Shown piece by piece: positions 44,803 through 55,149 of a DNA stretch of 64,000 bases (its first letter is position 1; every line of letters starts with the position of its first letter). This DNA is from Candidatus Roizmanbacteria bacterium (GTDB taxonomy: Bacteria; Patescibacteriota; Microgenomatia; UBA1406; GWC2-37-13): NCBI GenBank assembly GCA_012798265.1, contig JAAZNM010000002.1:6890-70889 (forward strand), given 5' to 3'. The notes beneath the pieces were generated by a model, which saw only the letters and a list, made by a program, of their open reading frames with translations, was not told the origin of the DNA and ran no database searches. A program made the translations under genes and the position numbers.

Positions 44803-45348
44803 TTATAGTTTTTCGAGCTTGTCCTTAATCTCCTGATTCATTTTAAGTATCTCCAGCATCTCTTGGTTTTGTCCTTGCGGCAATTCGCCGGCTACCTCGT
44901 TAATAAGCTCACGGTGCTTGGCGTTACTCAATTTTAAGGTAACGATAAAGTCGGATGAAGCGCTAACACCCTGCTTTTTAGAGGTAACCAAAAGATCGGG
45001 AATCTTCAAAAAATATTTTTCACCTTTGGAAAAAGTATCGATCGCCAATTGGTTTTTGCCTTTTTTCAAAAGAGCCACCGACATCGCTGCCCTTTTATCG
45101 GAAAAAAGAAGATAGATGTTGGCTTTCTTCACATAATCACGGGTCGTCAAATCGGTCAATTTATCCCTGATCGCCTTTAGCGGATAAAGGGGGTGATCGG
45201 GCAAAATCCCAGGATATGGCAGATTATACATAACCTTTTCCTGTCCGAAGATAACAGTAGTATTGGAAAAACTCAGAAGGTAAAAAGACATGGGGGTGCT
45301 TAAAAGGAAAAAAAAGACCAAAAAACCCAATAAGTATTTTTTCAGCAT
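44803..45348 (-). CDS. Secreted DUF5667-like protein
   Basis: Signal peptide followed by LPDHPLYPLKAIRDKL. Confidence 0.5.
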   Translation of the reverse strand: MLKKYLLGFLVFFFLLSTPMSFYLLSFSNTTVIFGQEKVMYNLPYPGILPDHPLYPLKAIRDKLTDLTTRDYVKKANIYLLFSDKRAAMSVALLKKGKNQLAIDTFSKGEKYFLKIPDLLVTSKKQGVSASSDFIVTLKLSNAKHRELINEVAGELPQGQNQEMLEILKMNQEIKDKLEKL

Positions 45349-45373
45349 TCTTTTATTATAACAAATTGGGCCT

Positions 45374-45401
45374 AAAAAACAACCCCGCCTAAGCGGGGTT
45401 G
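45374..45401 (-). terminator. Rho-independent terminator of hup
   Basis: CAACCCCGC, loop ttag (minus-strand sense), GCGGGGTTG, then T6 on the minus strand. Confidence 0.8.
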
Positions 45402-45419
45402 CTGCGAAAATTGTTTGAT

Positions 45420-45692
45420 TTACTTGACGATTCTTTTAAGAGTTTTACCGGCGGTAAAACCTGGGGTTTTTGTAGCCGGAATCTGGATTTCGGCGCCAGT
45501 TTGAGGATTTCTCCCTTTTCTAGCGGCTCTTTTCCTGACCATAAATGTACCGAAACCGGTAACAACAACCTTTTCACCTCTTTTGAGGGAATCAGTCATA
45601 GTGGAAAAGATGACGTTGACGGCATCTTTAGCGGCTTTGGCAGTCAGACCAGCTTTTTTGGCTACTTGAGCGATTAAGCCTGCTTTTGTCAT
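45420..45692 (-). CDS. hup: HU-family DNA-binding protein
   Basis: MTKAGLIAQVAKK...GFGTFMVRKRAARKGRNPQTGAEIQIPA. An AAGGAGGTG SD sits upstream of ATG 45692. Confidence 0.93.
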   Translation of the reverse strand: MTKAGLIAQVAKKAGLTAKAAKDAVNVIFSTMTDSLKRGEKVVVTGFGTFMVRKRAARKGRNPQTGAEIQIPATKTPGFTAGKTLKRIVK

Positions 45693-45751
45693 GTAGTGTT
45701 TCACCTCCTTTCAGTTGACGTTTTAACTGATAAGACGATTTAAACAACTAC

Positions 45752-45780
45752 AGCATAGTAAGTTCTCAGCCTCTTGTCAA
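45752..45780 (-). promoter_or_regulatory. Sigma70-type promoter TTGACA-N17-TATGCT for hup
   Basis: Read on the minus strand, about 60 nt upstream of the hup ATG. Confidence 0.5.
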
Positions 45781-45849
45781 TCTATATTAAAACATCTTAT
45801 TATAACAATCTATATCAAATATAGAGCGTTGCAAAAAGAAGAAATCGAA

Positions 45850-47328
45850 TTATATTTTGGTGACCGCCTCTGTCCGGAACTCCCTGATGATGGTTATTTT
45901 TATCTGTCCGGGGAAGACCTCAAATTTTTTCTCGAGATCTTCTTTGATTTTGGCAGCCAAAACCGTCGCCTCATCGTCGTTTATTTCGCTTGGTTTTACT
46001 ATCACCCTCAGTTCACGGCCGGCTTGAAGGGCATAAGCTTCCCTGACGCCTTTTTTCGACTTGGCCGCTTCCTCAATTGATTTTATCCTCTTCAAATATT
46101 CTTCGAAGTCCTCATGGCGGGCACCGGGACGGCCGCCGGAAACGGCATCGCTTATATAAACGATGACCGATTCTATCGACTTAAAAGGGATATCCTCGTG
46201 GTGGGAAGCGACACAATCAACCACCTTTTGCGGAAAGTGATATTTTTTCAAGATCTCGACACCAAGATCGACATGTGACCCTTCCTTATCGCTGATAACC
46301 TTACCGATATCATGAAGCAAACAACCGAGTTTCACGGTGTTGACATCGGCCTTAAGTTCATGGGCCAGGGCGACACCGATCCTTGTTTCCTCAAGGGTAT
46401 GGGCGATCATGTTCTGCCCATATGAGTAGCGGTATTTGAAACGTCCAAGAAGCCTTATCAACTCCGAAGGAAGATTGTAAAGTCCAACCTTGTGGGTTAA
46501 CTCTTCACCGGCTCTGAATATCAGTTTTTCCACCTCTTCACGGGTTTTTTTGACGATTTCCTCTATTCTTTCCGGCTGTATCCGTCCGTCTTTGATAAGT
46601 CGCTCCAACGACATCCGGGCAATCTCCCGACGGATGGCATCAAAAGACGAAAGTCTAATCACTCCTTCTTCCTCAAGATCGACATCAACACCGGTCGCCA
46701 ACTCAAAAGCTCGGATATTCCGGCCCTCCTTGCCGATGATCCTTCCTTTGTAATCGTCATTGGGAAGGGAGATCACCGACAGGGTAAATTCGGCCACATA
46801 GTCAGTCGCTCCGTAACGCATCGCGTCAACCAGCAACTGTTTGGCGGTCTCGTCCGTCTTTTGTTTAATCTCATCCTCAGACTGTTTTATTCTTTTAGCG
46901 ACTTCTTCTTTAAGCTTTTCCTCCCATCCTTGCAGAAGAAGATGTCGGGCCTGGTCTTTGGTCATCTGGGCCGCTTTTTCAAGTTTCTGAAGGATATTTT
47001 CCTTTTTTTCTTCCAGATCTTTTTTTAACGCCTGAAGAGAGTTGCGTTCCTGTTCCAACCTGTTTTTGTCCCGATCAAGACCGGCGTATTTTTCTTCAAG
47101 TTGCTGTTCTTTTTTCGAAAGCCTTTTTTCCGCCTCAAGGGCATCGGCTAAACCGACCTTTGATTCGTTGATTATCTTCCGAGCTTCCCTTTCAGCTTCT
47201 TGACGGGTCTTAAGAGCTTCTTCTTCAGCTTTAAGGATTATCTCCTTTGTTTGTTGTTTGATTTTTTCCAACTCTTCTTCCTTTTTCTTTTTTGAGGAAA
47301 AAAATCTTTTGAAAATTTTTTTAAACAT
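45850..47328 (-). CDS. rny: Ribonuclease Y
   Basis: N-terminal coiled coil, KH motif IIGKEGRNIRAFE, and HD domain LLHDIGK...ASHH. Confidence 0.93.
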   Translation of the reverse strand: MFKKIFKRFFSSKKKKEEELEKIKQQTKEIILKAEEEALKTRQEAEREARKIINESKVGLADALEAEKRLSKKEQQLEEKYAGLDRDKNRLEQERNSLQALKKDLEEKKENILQKLEKAAQMTKDQARHLLLQGWEEKLKEEVAKRIKQSEDEIKQKTDETAKQLLVDAMRYGATDYVAEFTLSVISLPNDDYKGRIIGKEGRNIRAFELATGVDVDLEEEGVIRLSSFDAIRREIARMSLERLIKDGRIQPERIEEIVKKTREEVEKLIFRAGEELTHKVGLYNLPSELIRLLGRFKYRYSYGQNMIAHTLEETRIGVALAHELKADVNTVKLGCLLHDIGKVISDKEGSHVDLGVEILKKYHFPQKVVDCVASHHEDIPFKSIESVIVYISDAVSGGRPGARHEDFEEYLKRIKSIEEAAKSKKGVREAYALQAGRELRVIVKPSEINDDEATVLAAKIKEDLEKKFEVFPGQIKITIIREFRTEAVTKI

Positions 47329-47456
47329 AAAATAATGGTGGCTAGAGAAGGAAAGTGAGGATCAAAATTTATCCGAAACTCTCAAAATCAATGTCCATAG
47401 TGTAATTCTGTTATGCAATTTACCCTCTCCGATAGCCAATTTTTAATTTATATATT

Positions 47457-47939
47457 TTACTCCCTTTGTTCAAAATTGACAATGGTTTTTTTAACGGTAT
47501 CGAAGTCAAATCCCCGCCTGACAAGAAACTGGTAGGCTTTTTGCCGTTTTTTTTCTTTAGGCAGATTCTGCCAACGTCTCCATCGGGAAGAAAGCAGCCG
47601 CTTACATAAAGTGGCCTCGTCAAGAGAATATGTATAAAAAAAATCGTCGATTAGGGTTTTTTCGACTCCGAGACGGACAAGTTCCCTCTGTAAAACGGCC
47701 TTGCCTTTCGGTTTCATTGATGACCGGTCGTTGACAAAGGATTTGACAAACTTCCTATCGTCTATCAGTCCTGTTTTTTTGAGAGCGTCGATCGCCAGAT
47801 CAACCGTTTTTTCCGACCAATGGAATTTTTGGTTTTTTTTTAGCAAGTAGAGCCTGACTTCTTTTTCCGTCCTCATCCTGAATTTGAGAAAAAAATAGGC
47901 GAAGCTCTTTGCTTTTTCCAGATCTTCCTGCTCCGACAT
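47457..47939 (-). CDS. recX: Regulatory protein RecX
   Basis: 160-aa helical repeat protein directly downstream of recA, with YLLKKNQKF...LKKTGLIDDRKF. Confidence 0.78.
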   Translation of the reverse strand: MSEQEDLEKAKSFAYFFLKFRMRTEKEVRLYLLKKNQKFHWSEKTVDLAIDALKKTGLIDDRKFVKSFVNDRSSMKPKGKAVLQRELVRLGVEKTLIDDFFYTYSLDEATLCKRLLSSRWRRWQNLPKEKKRQKAYQFLVRRGFDFDTVKKTIVNFEQRE

Positions 47940-47949
47940 GGATTTTATT

Positions 47950-48942
47950 TTATCGGATTTTGCTTAAGATTTCTTTTGTCAGATGTTGCCTTAATTTTTC
48001 GTCTTTGGACAAAACCTCTTTGACCTGTTCCTTTCCCTGCCCCAACAGTTTATCGCCCATTTTGATAAATGAACCGCTCTTTGTCAGCAATCCGGCATTG
48101 ATGGCCGCCTCAACCAAACCTTCTTCCTTGTCTATACCCTGACTGGTGATGACCATCTCCGCCTCTTTGAAAGGAGGAGCCATTTTGTTTTTAACGACCT
48201 TTATTCTCGCCCTTGTACCGTAAACCTGGTTGTTCTTTTTTAGAGTTTCAATCTTTCTGATATCGATTCTTATCGAAGAATAAAACTTCAACGCCAGTCC
48301 GCCAGGGGTTGTCTCCGGATTACCGAACATTATTCCGATTTTGAGTCTCATCTGGTTGGTAAAAACGATGGTCGTCTTTGATTTTGACACTACGCCGGTC
48401 AATTTTCTCAAAGCTTGAGACATCAATCTTGCTTGCAGTCCCATTTGGGCATCCCCCATCTCTCCTTCAATCTCGGAACGGGGAACCAAAGCCGCCACCG
48501 AGTCAACGATGATCAGGTCGACTCCGCCGGACCTGACCAAAGCTTCGGTTATCTCAAGTGCCTGTTCGCCGGTATCGGGCTGTGAAACCAAAAGATCCTC
48601 AAGTTTTACGCCGAGTGTCTTGGCCCAGGTAGGGTCTATGGCATGTTCGGCATCGATAAAAGCAGCCACGCCGCCGGCTTTCTGTACTTGGGACAAGAGC
48701 GACAAACATAGGGTGGTTTTTCCAGACGACTCCGGCCCAAAGATCTCAATTATCCTCCCTTTAGGAATACCGCCTATTCCCAAAGCCAGATCAAGCGGCA
48801 GGATACCGGTTTTAATAACATCAACACTTGTCGCCGGCGCCTCGCCCAATCGCATGATCGACCCTTTGCCGAACTGTCTTTGGATCTGCTCAATCGCCAA
48901 ATTGACTGCTTGGTTTTTGCCGTTTTTGATATCGGTCTTCAT
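47950..48942 (-). CDS. recA: Recombinase RecA
   Basis: [10 protein letters not shown] Walker A, FIDAEHA and VDSVAALVP. Confidence 0.97.
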   Translation of the reverse strand: MKTDIKNGKNQAVNLAIEQIQRQFGKGSIMRLGEAPATSVDVIKTGILPLDLALGIGGIPKGRIIEIFGPESSGKTTLCLSLLSQVQKAGGVAAFIDAEHAIDPTWAKTLGVKLEDLLVSQPDTGEQALEITEALVRSGGVDLIIVDSVAALVPRSEIEGEMGDAQMGLQARLMSQALRKLTGVVSKSKTTIVFTNQMRLKIGIMFGNPETTPGGLALKFYSSIRIDIRKIETLKKNNQVYGTRARIKVVKNKMAPPFKEAEMVITSQGIDKEEGLVEAAINAGLLTKSGSFIKMGDKLLGQGKEQVKEVLSKDEKLRQHLTKEILSKIR

Positions 48943-49024
48943 AATAAATGAAAATTATTAAAGTGAAAACTCCCTTATTCTTACAGATTTACCGATATTT
49001 TTCAATGGATTATAGTCTACAAAA

Positions 49025-49945
49025 TCAGAACAGGTAGATGAGTCCGATAAGGGTTATTCCCCAAAGGAATATGGTAACAATAAGGGGTAGATCGGTAGTG
49101 ATGATTTTTTCCGGCCTTTCTCCTTCTTCCCTTTCATAAAGGAGCTGGGCATATCGGGCTATTCCGTAAACAACCATCGGAATACTGACCATTAACCATT
49201 TTCTCGCTTCAAAACCGGGAAGCAGCTCGGAAAAATATTTTGACAACGGTGAGTCGATTCGCGGCGGCTGCTCGACATAAGTATAGGTCGAATAGGCAAT
49301 AATCGTGGCGGTGGCAAAAGTAGTCGTCAAAAAATCAAGCAGATGATTTTTATAACGATACAGCGATTCCCGGGTCTCGCGGCCATGGGCAACCAACTCA
49401 GCATGCCGCTTTACCGCCGCCATAAACAACGATCCGAAAAATATTGTTAAAAGAAGCCAGATTGGTATATGAAAACCGGTGACCACCTCTCCCGAATACA
49501 TCCTTATCATGAAGGAAAAAGAAATGGTAAAGATGTCTATCACCGGGAATTTTTTGAAGTAAAGCGAGTAAAAAAAATGCAGGACGATAAAGGTAAGACT
49601 CAAAAGGAAAAAAGGGATGGAAAACGCAAGCGATATTATAAGGGAAACCAGGGTCATGATAAAAACGACAAAAGTCGCCTGGGGGATACTTATCTCGCCG
49701 GAGGCGATCGGACGATGCTTTTTTACCGGATGTTTTCTATCATAAGGATAATCTATAATGTCGTTTAATACGTAAGATGTTGAGGAAAGGAGACAAAAAA
49801 CAAAAAAAGCATAAACGGTTTTTAAAAAAAGATCCAGATCAAAAAGTTTTCCGGAAAAAATAATTGCCGTAAAAATAACCAGGTTTTTTATCCATTGGTT
49901 AACACGCAACGCTCTCAAAATTACCAATAGCTTCCTGTTTTTCAT
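49025..49945 (-). CDS. UbiA-family prenyltransferase (decaprenyl-phosphate phosphoribosyltransferase-like)
   Basis: NDIIDYPYDRKHPVKKHRPIASG first Asp-rich motif, with about 8 TM helices. Confidence 0.72.
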   Translation of the reverse strand: MKNRKLLVILRALRVNQWIKNLVIFTAIIFSGKLFDLDLFLKTVYAFFVFCLLSSTSYVLNDIIDYPYDRKHPVKKHRPIASGEISIPQATFVVFIMTLVSLIISLAFSIPFFLLSLTFIVLHFFYSLYFKKFPVIDIFTISFSFMIRMYSGEVVTGFHIPIWLLLTIFFGSLFMAAVKRHAELVAHGRETRESLYRYKNHLLDFLTTTFATATIIAYSTYTYVEQPPRIDSPLSKYFSELLPGFEARKWLMVSIPMVVYGIARYAQLLYEREEGERPEKIITTDLPLIVTIFLWGITLIGLIYLF

Positions 49946-50011
49946 CTAATTGAATTATACAATAATAATTTTTATTGGACATCAAGCACACCTATAATTA
50001 TAATTTAGATC

Positions 50012-51130
50012 ATGTCTTTTGATTTGCGGCCCTATCTGGTTATTCCCAAGTTGATCGAACAACCCACCTGGGGCGGAGATTATATTCTGAAACTTAAGGG
50101 TTGGCAAAGTTTTTTTTCCGGCGGAAAAGCCAAAATCGGCCAGAGTTATGAGCTTTTCGGGGGATCGTTCCTTTCAACGGAAAACGATTCGCGCCGACTC
50201 TCCTTTTCAATGTCAAACGATCACAGAAATATCTCCCTAAACGATCTTATCTTCCAGAATCCCGAGGCAATCCTTGGAGAAAAAGTGGCAAAACGGACAA
50301 AAAAGATGCCGCTGCTTATAAAGTTCACCCAGGCTTCCGGCAACTCGTTCCAGCTCCATGTCAAACCTGATACCAAACAGACCAGATGGTCTCCCAAAGC
50401 GGAGTCATGGTACTATCTTGAAGACGGATTGCTGACATTCGGCATAAAAAAAGGGGTCGACATTACTCGTTACAAAAATATCTGTTTACTTATCGACAAT
50501 CGGATAAAAATACTAAGCCAGGCCGTCATCTTTAAAAAAATCTCTCTTGAACAGGCCAGAAAAGAAGCGATTAACTTTATAAAAGAAACCAACCCCTGGC
50601 AGTTTGTCAATGTCCATCGTGTAAAAAAAGGAACGGTTGTCGACCTTAGTTTGGGAGGTATCCACCATTCGTGGGAAGAAGACAAAAAAACCCTTCCTCA
50701 CGGAAACATCGTTTACGAAATCCAGCAGGACGTCGCCGATAACGCCTCAACTATTCGTTGTTTTGATCAAGGAAAAATAAAGGGAGACGGATCGGTCAGA
50801 AATCTCAACATAGATGATTATTTCCTTTTTATCGATACCGACCCCGAACATAACAACTTTGCCAAAATGAGTCGGAAAAATATAGATAAACAACTGGTAA
50901 AAACTAAGTACTATTCGTTGAACCGTTTGGTCGTCGAAAAGCCGCTTGACAAAAAAACCGACGGGTCGTTCCGCCATCTTTTTGTCGAAGGCGGCGCCGT
51001 CTCAATTACGACGCAAAATGCCGCGATCAAACTGACGGCCGGACACAGTTGTCTTATCCCCGCCGCCGTCTACCATTATCAGATTAAACCTTATGAAAAA
51101 ACATCGACTGTCTTGGAATCATTCGTCTGA
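50012..51130 (+). CDS. Type I phosphomannose isomerase-like cupin
   Basis: QPTWGG, FQLHVKPD, AESWYYLE and VYEIQQDVADNASTIRCFD are parallel to B. subtilis ManA blocks. Confidence 0.6.
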   Translation: MSFDLRPYLVIPKLIEQPTWGGDYILKLKGWQSFFSGGKAKIGQSYELFGGSFLSTENDSRRLSFSMSNDHRNISLNDLIFQNPEAILGEKVAKRTKKMPLLIKFTQASGNSFQLHVKPDTKQTRWSPKAESWYYLEDGLLTFGIKKGVDITRYKNICLLIDNRIKILSQAVIFKKISLEQARKEAINFIKETNPWQFVNVHRVKKGTVVDLSLGGIHHSWEEDKKTLPHGNIVYEIQQDVADNASTIRCFDQGKIKGDGSVRNLNIDDYFLFIDTDPEHNNFAKMSRKNIDKQLVKTKYYSLNRLVVEKPLDKKTDGSFRHLFVEGGAVSITTQNAAIKLTAGHSCLIPAAVYHYQIKPYEKTSTVLESFV

Positions 51131-51869
51131 GATTGAAGTCGACCCAAACGGCGGTTATCTTAAACGTTGGCAGATAAAAGATCGCCCTGTAAATCAACCG
51201 GTCGACATTCTTTACCAAGGAACGGAATTAAAAAGGACCGGCATTCCTCTACTTTTTCCAAACTGGGGAGATAGCGGCACTAAATTAAGAAAACACGGTT
51301 TTGGACGGGACAGCCGTTGGTCAACGACTCTTTTAAAAGGAAAAAACAGGATCGTCATGACGCTCGACAGTAAAGACCTACCAAAGCCGATCAGACAAGA
51401 GTACGATTACGATTTTAAAACCGAAGTCAGCTTTTCACTTAAAAAAAATCAACTCTTATACTGTCTTTCTGTTGAAAATACCGGCTTAAAAAACATGCCC
51501 ATCTCGCCCGGACTCCACCCCTACTGGGCAATAAACCATAAAGATAAGACAAAGGTCAAAACAACCATTCCGGGTTTTTCCCCAAATGACTTTGACTGGG
51601 ACAACTCTCCTCCAGACAATACCTATCTTTTTCCGGGAAAAACGGAGATATCGTTTCCCGAAATAAAAATAACCATTGAGGATATCACCCCGCAACCGGT
51701 CGTTAAGTATATGGTCGTCTGGTCACAACCGATAAACAAACCCGATTTTAACTTTATCTGTTTTGAACCGATCTGCGGGCAGGCCGGCTCGATATCTCAA
51801 AAAAATATCGTCGTCAAGCCTCTTGAAAAATGGCGGATGAAGTTGAAGTTTGAGGTTGACCTTCTTTAA
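51093..51869 (+). CDS. Aldose 1-epimerase family protein
   Basis: GIPLLFPNWG, RKHGFGRDSRW and GLHPYW. Confidence 0.75.
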   Translation: MKKHRLSWNHSSEIEVDPNGGYLKRWQIKDRPVNQPVDILYQGTELKRTGIPLLFPNWGDSGTKLRKHGFGRDSRWSTTLLKGKNRIVMTLDSKDLPKPIRQEYDYDFKTEVSFSLKKNQLLYCLSVENTGLKNMPISPGLHPYWAINHKDKTKVKTTIPGFSPNDFDWDNSPPDNTYLFPGKTEISFPEIKITIEDITPQPVVKYMVVWSQPINKPDFNFICFEPICGQAGSISQKNIVVKPLEKWRMKLKFEVDLL

Positions 51870-53173
51870 AAATACTTACTGACGACCTGACGACCGATGG
51901 CAACCGCATAGTTTGTTCCCCGGTCATAAGGATAGGTCATATCAAGATTGGCGATAAATAATTTGTCGATCGGAGTCTCAAAACCGGGGCGATTATCCAA
52001 AAAACTCCTGTCAAAAACCGGCTGGGCAAAGTAGGAGGAAAACAGATAAGTTTTGGCTGATTCGATACCATAACTACCGTTAATTTTTTTCAAAAAAGGA
52101 TAATAAAAATCAAGAGTCTGTTTGGACGACATCTTCAACAGGCGGTTATTGCCATCGACATAGTTGCCCACGTACAAAAGATTGTTACCCCCATAATTTT
52201 TTTTATCGATGAAGTTGGTATGTTGGACAAGGGCCATAAAAGGAAACTCCTTAACGTTGACGTTAACCCAGTAGGCCTTGTCAAAAAAAGGTTTTTTTGT
52301 TTCTATGATCAGGTTGGTACCGTGAAGATATTTAATTTTTTTCAGCCTGTCGATGTAGCTGTCGGCAAACATCCCCTCCCCGACCTTCATCAAAACCGGC
52401 GTCGGCAGAGTCGATATTATCGCATCAAATATCTCCACAGGTTTATTTTTGATACGGATCTCAAATTTACCACCCTTACTGGATATCCGTTCGACAACGA
52501 CGTTCTTATTTATAATGACGCTTTCCCGCTCCAACCTTTTGCCCAAATGGTCGATAAAACGCTGGAAACCGCCGCTTATGTAACCAAGTTTTTTCGTTCT
52601 TTTTTTTATCCTTGCCCAAAAAAAAGCGGCCACCACATTTTCCGCATATTTACCGAACTTTTTCCGAAAAAGTTCTTCCCATAAGATATTCCATGATGTA
52701 TCCCCCATGGATTTTTTCAAAAAATCCTCGGCCGTCGACCTTTCATAAAAAGAAAAAAACGGTGACAATTTCAAAAAAGCGATAATCATTCCCGACCTCA
52801 GTTTATCCGGCAAAGAAAGCAAGGGGAACCTCAAAAAATCTTGCGGAGTATCTACGGTAAATGTACGGTAATTAACCTGTCCACTTGGTTTACAGCCTGG
52901 AATATCATATAAGGAGACCGACTCGGGTTTTTGGAAAAAGATATCGTTAAAACCTGTGTCTGCCATTAGGTCAAGTATGTCACTGTCGTTGCTGAAAAAA
53001 TGATGATAGGTTTTTTCAAGATGCCACTGCCAGTTTTTTGACCTGAAGCCCGATGCCATCCCCCCCAGTATCGGCTCTTTTTCAAAAAGAGCGATCTCAT
53101 GACGATTTTTTTTGCTTAAAAAAAATGCGCTTGTCAAGCCGGAGAGACCACCGCCAAGTATCGCTATTTTCAT
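51866..53173 (-). CDS. NAD(P)/FAD-dependent oxidoreductase (amine oxidase / PPO / UGM-like)
   Basis: MKIAILGGGLSGLTSAFFL...LFEKEPILGGMA dinucleotide fold. Confidence 0.75.
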   Translation of the reverse strand: MKIAILGGGLSGLTSAFFLSKKNRHEIALFEKEPILGGMASGFRSKNWQWHLEKTYHHFFSNDSDILDLMADTGFNDIFFQKPESVSLYDIPGCKPSGQVNYRTFTVDTPQDFLRFPLLSLPDKLRSGMIIAFLKLSPFFSFYERSTAEDFLKKSMGDTSWNILWEELFRKKFGKYAENVVAAFFWARIKKRTKKLGYISGGFQRFIDHLGKRLERESVIINKNVVVERISSKGGKFEIRIKNKPVEIFDAIISTLPTPVLMKVGEGMFADSYIDRLKKIKYLHGTNLIIETKKPFFDKAYWVNVNVKEFPFMALVQHTNFIDKKNYGGNNLLYVGNYVDGNNRLLKMSSKQTLDFYYPFLKKINGSYGIESAKTYLFSSYFAQPVFDRSFLDNRPGFETPIDKLFIANLDMTYPYDRGTNYAVAIGRQVVSKYF

Positions 53174-53242
53174 AGACTATCTATATATTGTATTATTATA
53201 TATATTTACCGAACATTTACCGAAGTATAACCGCAAATATCG

Positions 53243-54268
53243 TTATTTTGCCTTTTGATCCTCTTTCGTCTTAACCACCTCAATAAAAAGAGTCTCAAAA
53301 AATAACGTCGCCGGAATGGAGATCAAGACCCCTAAAACGCCGCCGAACTTACCGCCGATAATCAAAGCGATCAGGGTTATTATCGGATTAAGACCGACGA
53401 CCCTTTTCATAACTACCGGGACAACCAAATTATTCTCCAATTGCTGAACGATCACCGAAACGCCGAGTGCGGCAAATCCTAGGAAGTATGAACCGGAAAG
53501 GCCGATCAGAATCGCCGGGATAGCAGACAGCGTCGGACCAAGATTGGGAATAATCTCAAGCAATCCCGCCAAGACCGCAAGCGGCAAAACATATTTCAAT
53601 CCTATCAGGCTAAAACCGACAAAACTCAACAACCCGACGATCACCATCAGAGTAAGCTCACCCCAAAACCAAGCACTCATCCTTTTTTCCGCTTTATTGA
53701 AAAAACCAACCACCCGCAAAGCTTCCTTTTCGTCGGTAAAGGGAGAGATTATTTTTTTGATAAGATCCTCTTCAAGCAAAAAATAAAGACCAAAAAAGAG
53801 CGTCGTCGTCGTAAAGACAGCATTTGAAAACAAACCGCTGACCAAGTTGAAAAACTGGTTGGTGATATTGGGTACGTACCGACTGAGCGACTCAAGATCA
53901 AAAATGTGGGTAGTGTTGGGAGACAATGTCTGCAAAACTCTGGGCAACGTCTTAAACAAATTAGTGCTTTCCTTAATAAGCGGGGGAAAGATAAAAGTAA
54001 GGAGATTGACGATTATTCCTATAAATAAAAGGTAAATAACCAGAGCCGCCAGCGTCCTCGGAATCCTTCTTTTTGTAAAAAAAACCACAAAAGGCTTAAG
54101 GGCACTCATTATTATAAAAGCAATAAAAAGAGAGAAAATAAGATCCTTGATCACCCAAAGAAATTTGAGGGATAACAAAAAAATAACCGTAAAGATTATT
54201 GTCCTATGCGAGACCTCGATCTTCTGCATATCCCAATTATATATTACCATTACCCGGTTTTGTCGCAC
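53243..54268 (-). CDS. AI-2E family transporter (PerM-like)
   Basis: Polytopic, with LLEIIPNLGPTLSAIPAILIGL. The start could be ATG 54229. Confidence 0.8.
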   Translation of the reverse strand: MRQNRVMVIYNWDMQKIEVSHRTIIFTVIFLLSLKFLWVIKDLIFSLFIAFIIMSALKPFVVFFTKRRIPRTLAALVIYLLFIGIIVNLLTFIFPPLIKESTNLFKTLPRVLQTLSPNTTHIFDLESLSRYVPNITNQFFNLVSGLFSNAVFTTTTLFFGLYFLLEEDLIKKIISPFTDEKEALRVVGFFNKAEKRMSAWFWGELTLMVIVGLLSFVGFSLIGLKYVLPLAVLAGLLEIIPNLGPTLSAIPAILIGLSGSYFLGFAALGVSVIVQQLENNLVVPVVMKRVVGLNPIITLIALIIGGKFGGVLGVLISIPATLFFETLFIEVVKTKEDQKAK

Positions 54269-54274
54269 ATAACG

Positions 54275-54967
54275 CTACCCTTTGGCAAGAGTCAAACCGT
54301 AGACTTTCCTGGCTCCAGACATCTTAAGGATACGACTCCCTTCTTTTAAGGTAATACCGCTTGTCGTCACGTCGTCAACCAGGACAAAACAGCCGCCGGT
54401 AATATTTTTTGTTATCGTCTGAAAAGCGCCTTTCATATTCCGATAACGGTAAAGCCGTCCGGATAAGTTTGCTTGAGGTACGGTCATTTTTTTTCTTGAC
54501 AGGACATTTGAAACAGGAAAACCAAGAACCTTATGAAAGTATTGGGCTATTAGTTCGCTTTGGTTAAAGCCTCTTTCCCTTAAGCGGGTCGGATGAAGGG
54601 GAATCGGTACAAGGGAAAAGTCTCCATCGAGTTTTTTGAATAGTGACAGCTTTTTCAGAACCTGGGGATCAATCATCAGCTCCATCTCCTTCCAAATATC
54701 ATAAGCCAAACGGTATTTTATCTGCTTGATGATCTTTTTAAGAACCTGGCTATAATAAAAAAGACTGATAACGCCATCTAGGCCGTTTTTCCGAAGACAT
54801 CCGGGATGGGTAAAACCGCCATAGCTTAAACCGTGGCAGTAAAAACAGCTGTCTTTTTCAACTGTCTTCAGTTTTCCCTGGCAGTTACGGCAAAGATATA
54901 CCCCCGGGCGGCCGCAATTGAGACAGAACTTCGGGAAAAACAGATCGATCAGTGTTGTTTTTAACAA
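54275..54967 (-). CDS. comF: ComF family protein (phosphoribosyltransferase domain)
   Basis: N-terminal CLNCG...CRNC zinc motifs, RGFNQSELI, and the VLVDDVTTSGITL PRPP loop. Confidence 0.85.
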   Translation of the reverse strand: MLKTTLIDLFFPKFCLNCGRPGVYLCRNCQGKLKTVEKDSCFYCHGLSYGGFTHPGCLRKNGLDGVISLFYYSQVLKKIIKQIKYRLAYDIWKEMELMIDPQVLKKLSLFKKLDGDFSLVPIPLHPTRLRERGFNQSELIAQYFHKVLGFPVSNVLSRKKMTVPQANLSGRLYRYRNMKGAFQTITKNITGGCFVLVDDVTTSGITLKEGSRILKMSGARKVYGLTLAKG

Positions 54968-55149
54968 TTCAGTTTATTATATAAAAAACGCGAAAAGCCA
55001 TTATTGTTCACAATATTTTTGGGAAATAATGCCGAATAAGGCTAAAAGACAGCCGGTTCATCTTATTGATATCTTTTGTTTATATTTTGATATCTTGTAA
55101 GTCTACTAGTAGTGTTATAAATTAATTAGGAACACTATTTATAACAAGC

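Noticed and set aside
48509-48961. 150-aa plus-strand ORF
   Set aside because: It is antisense to recA.
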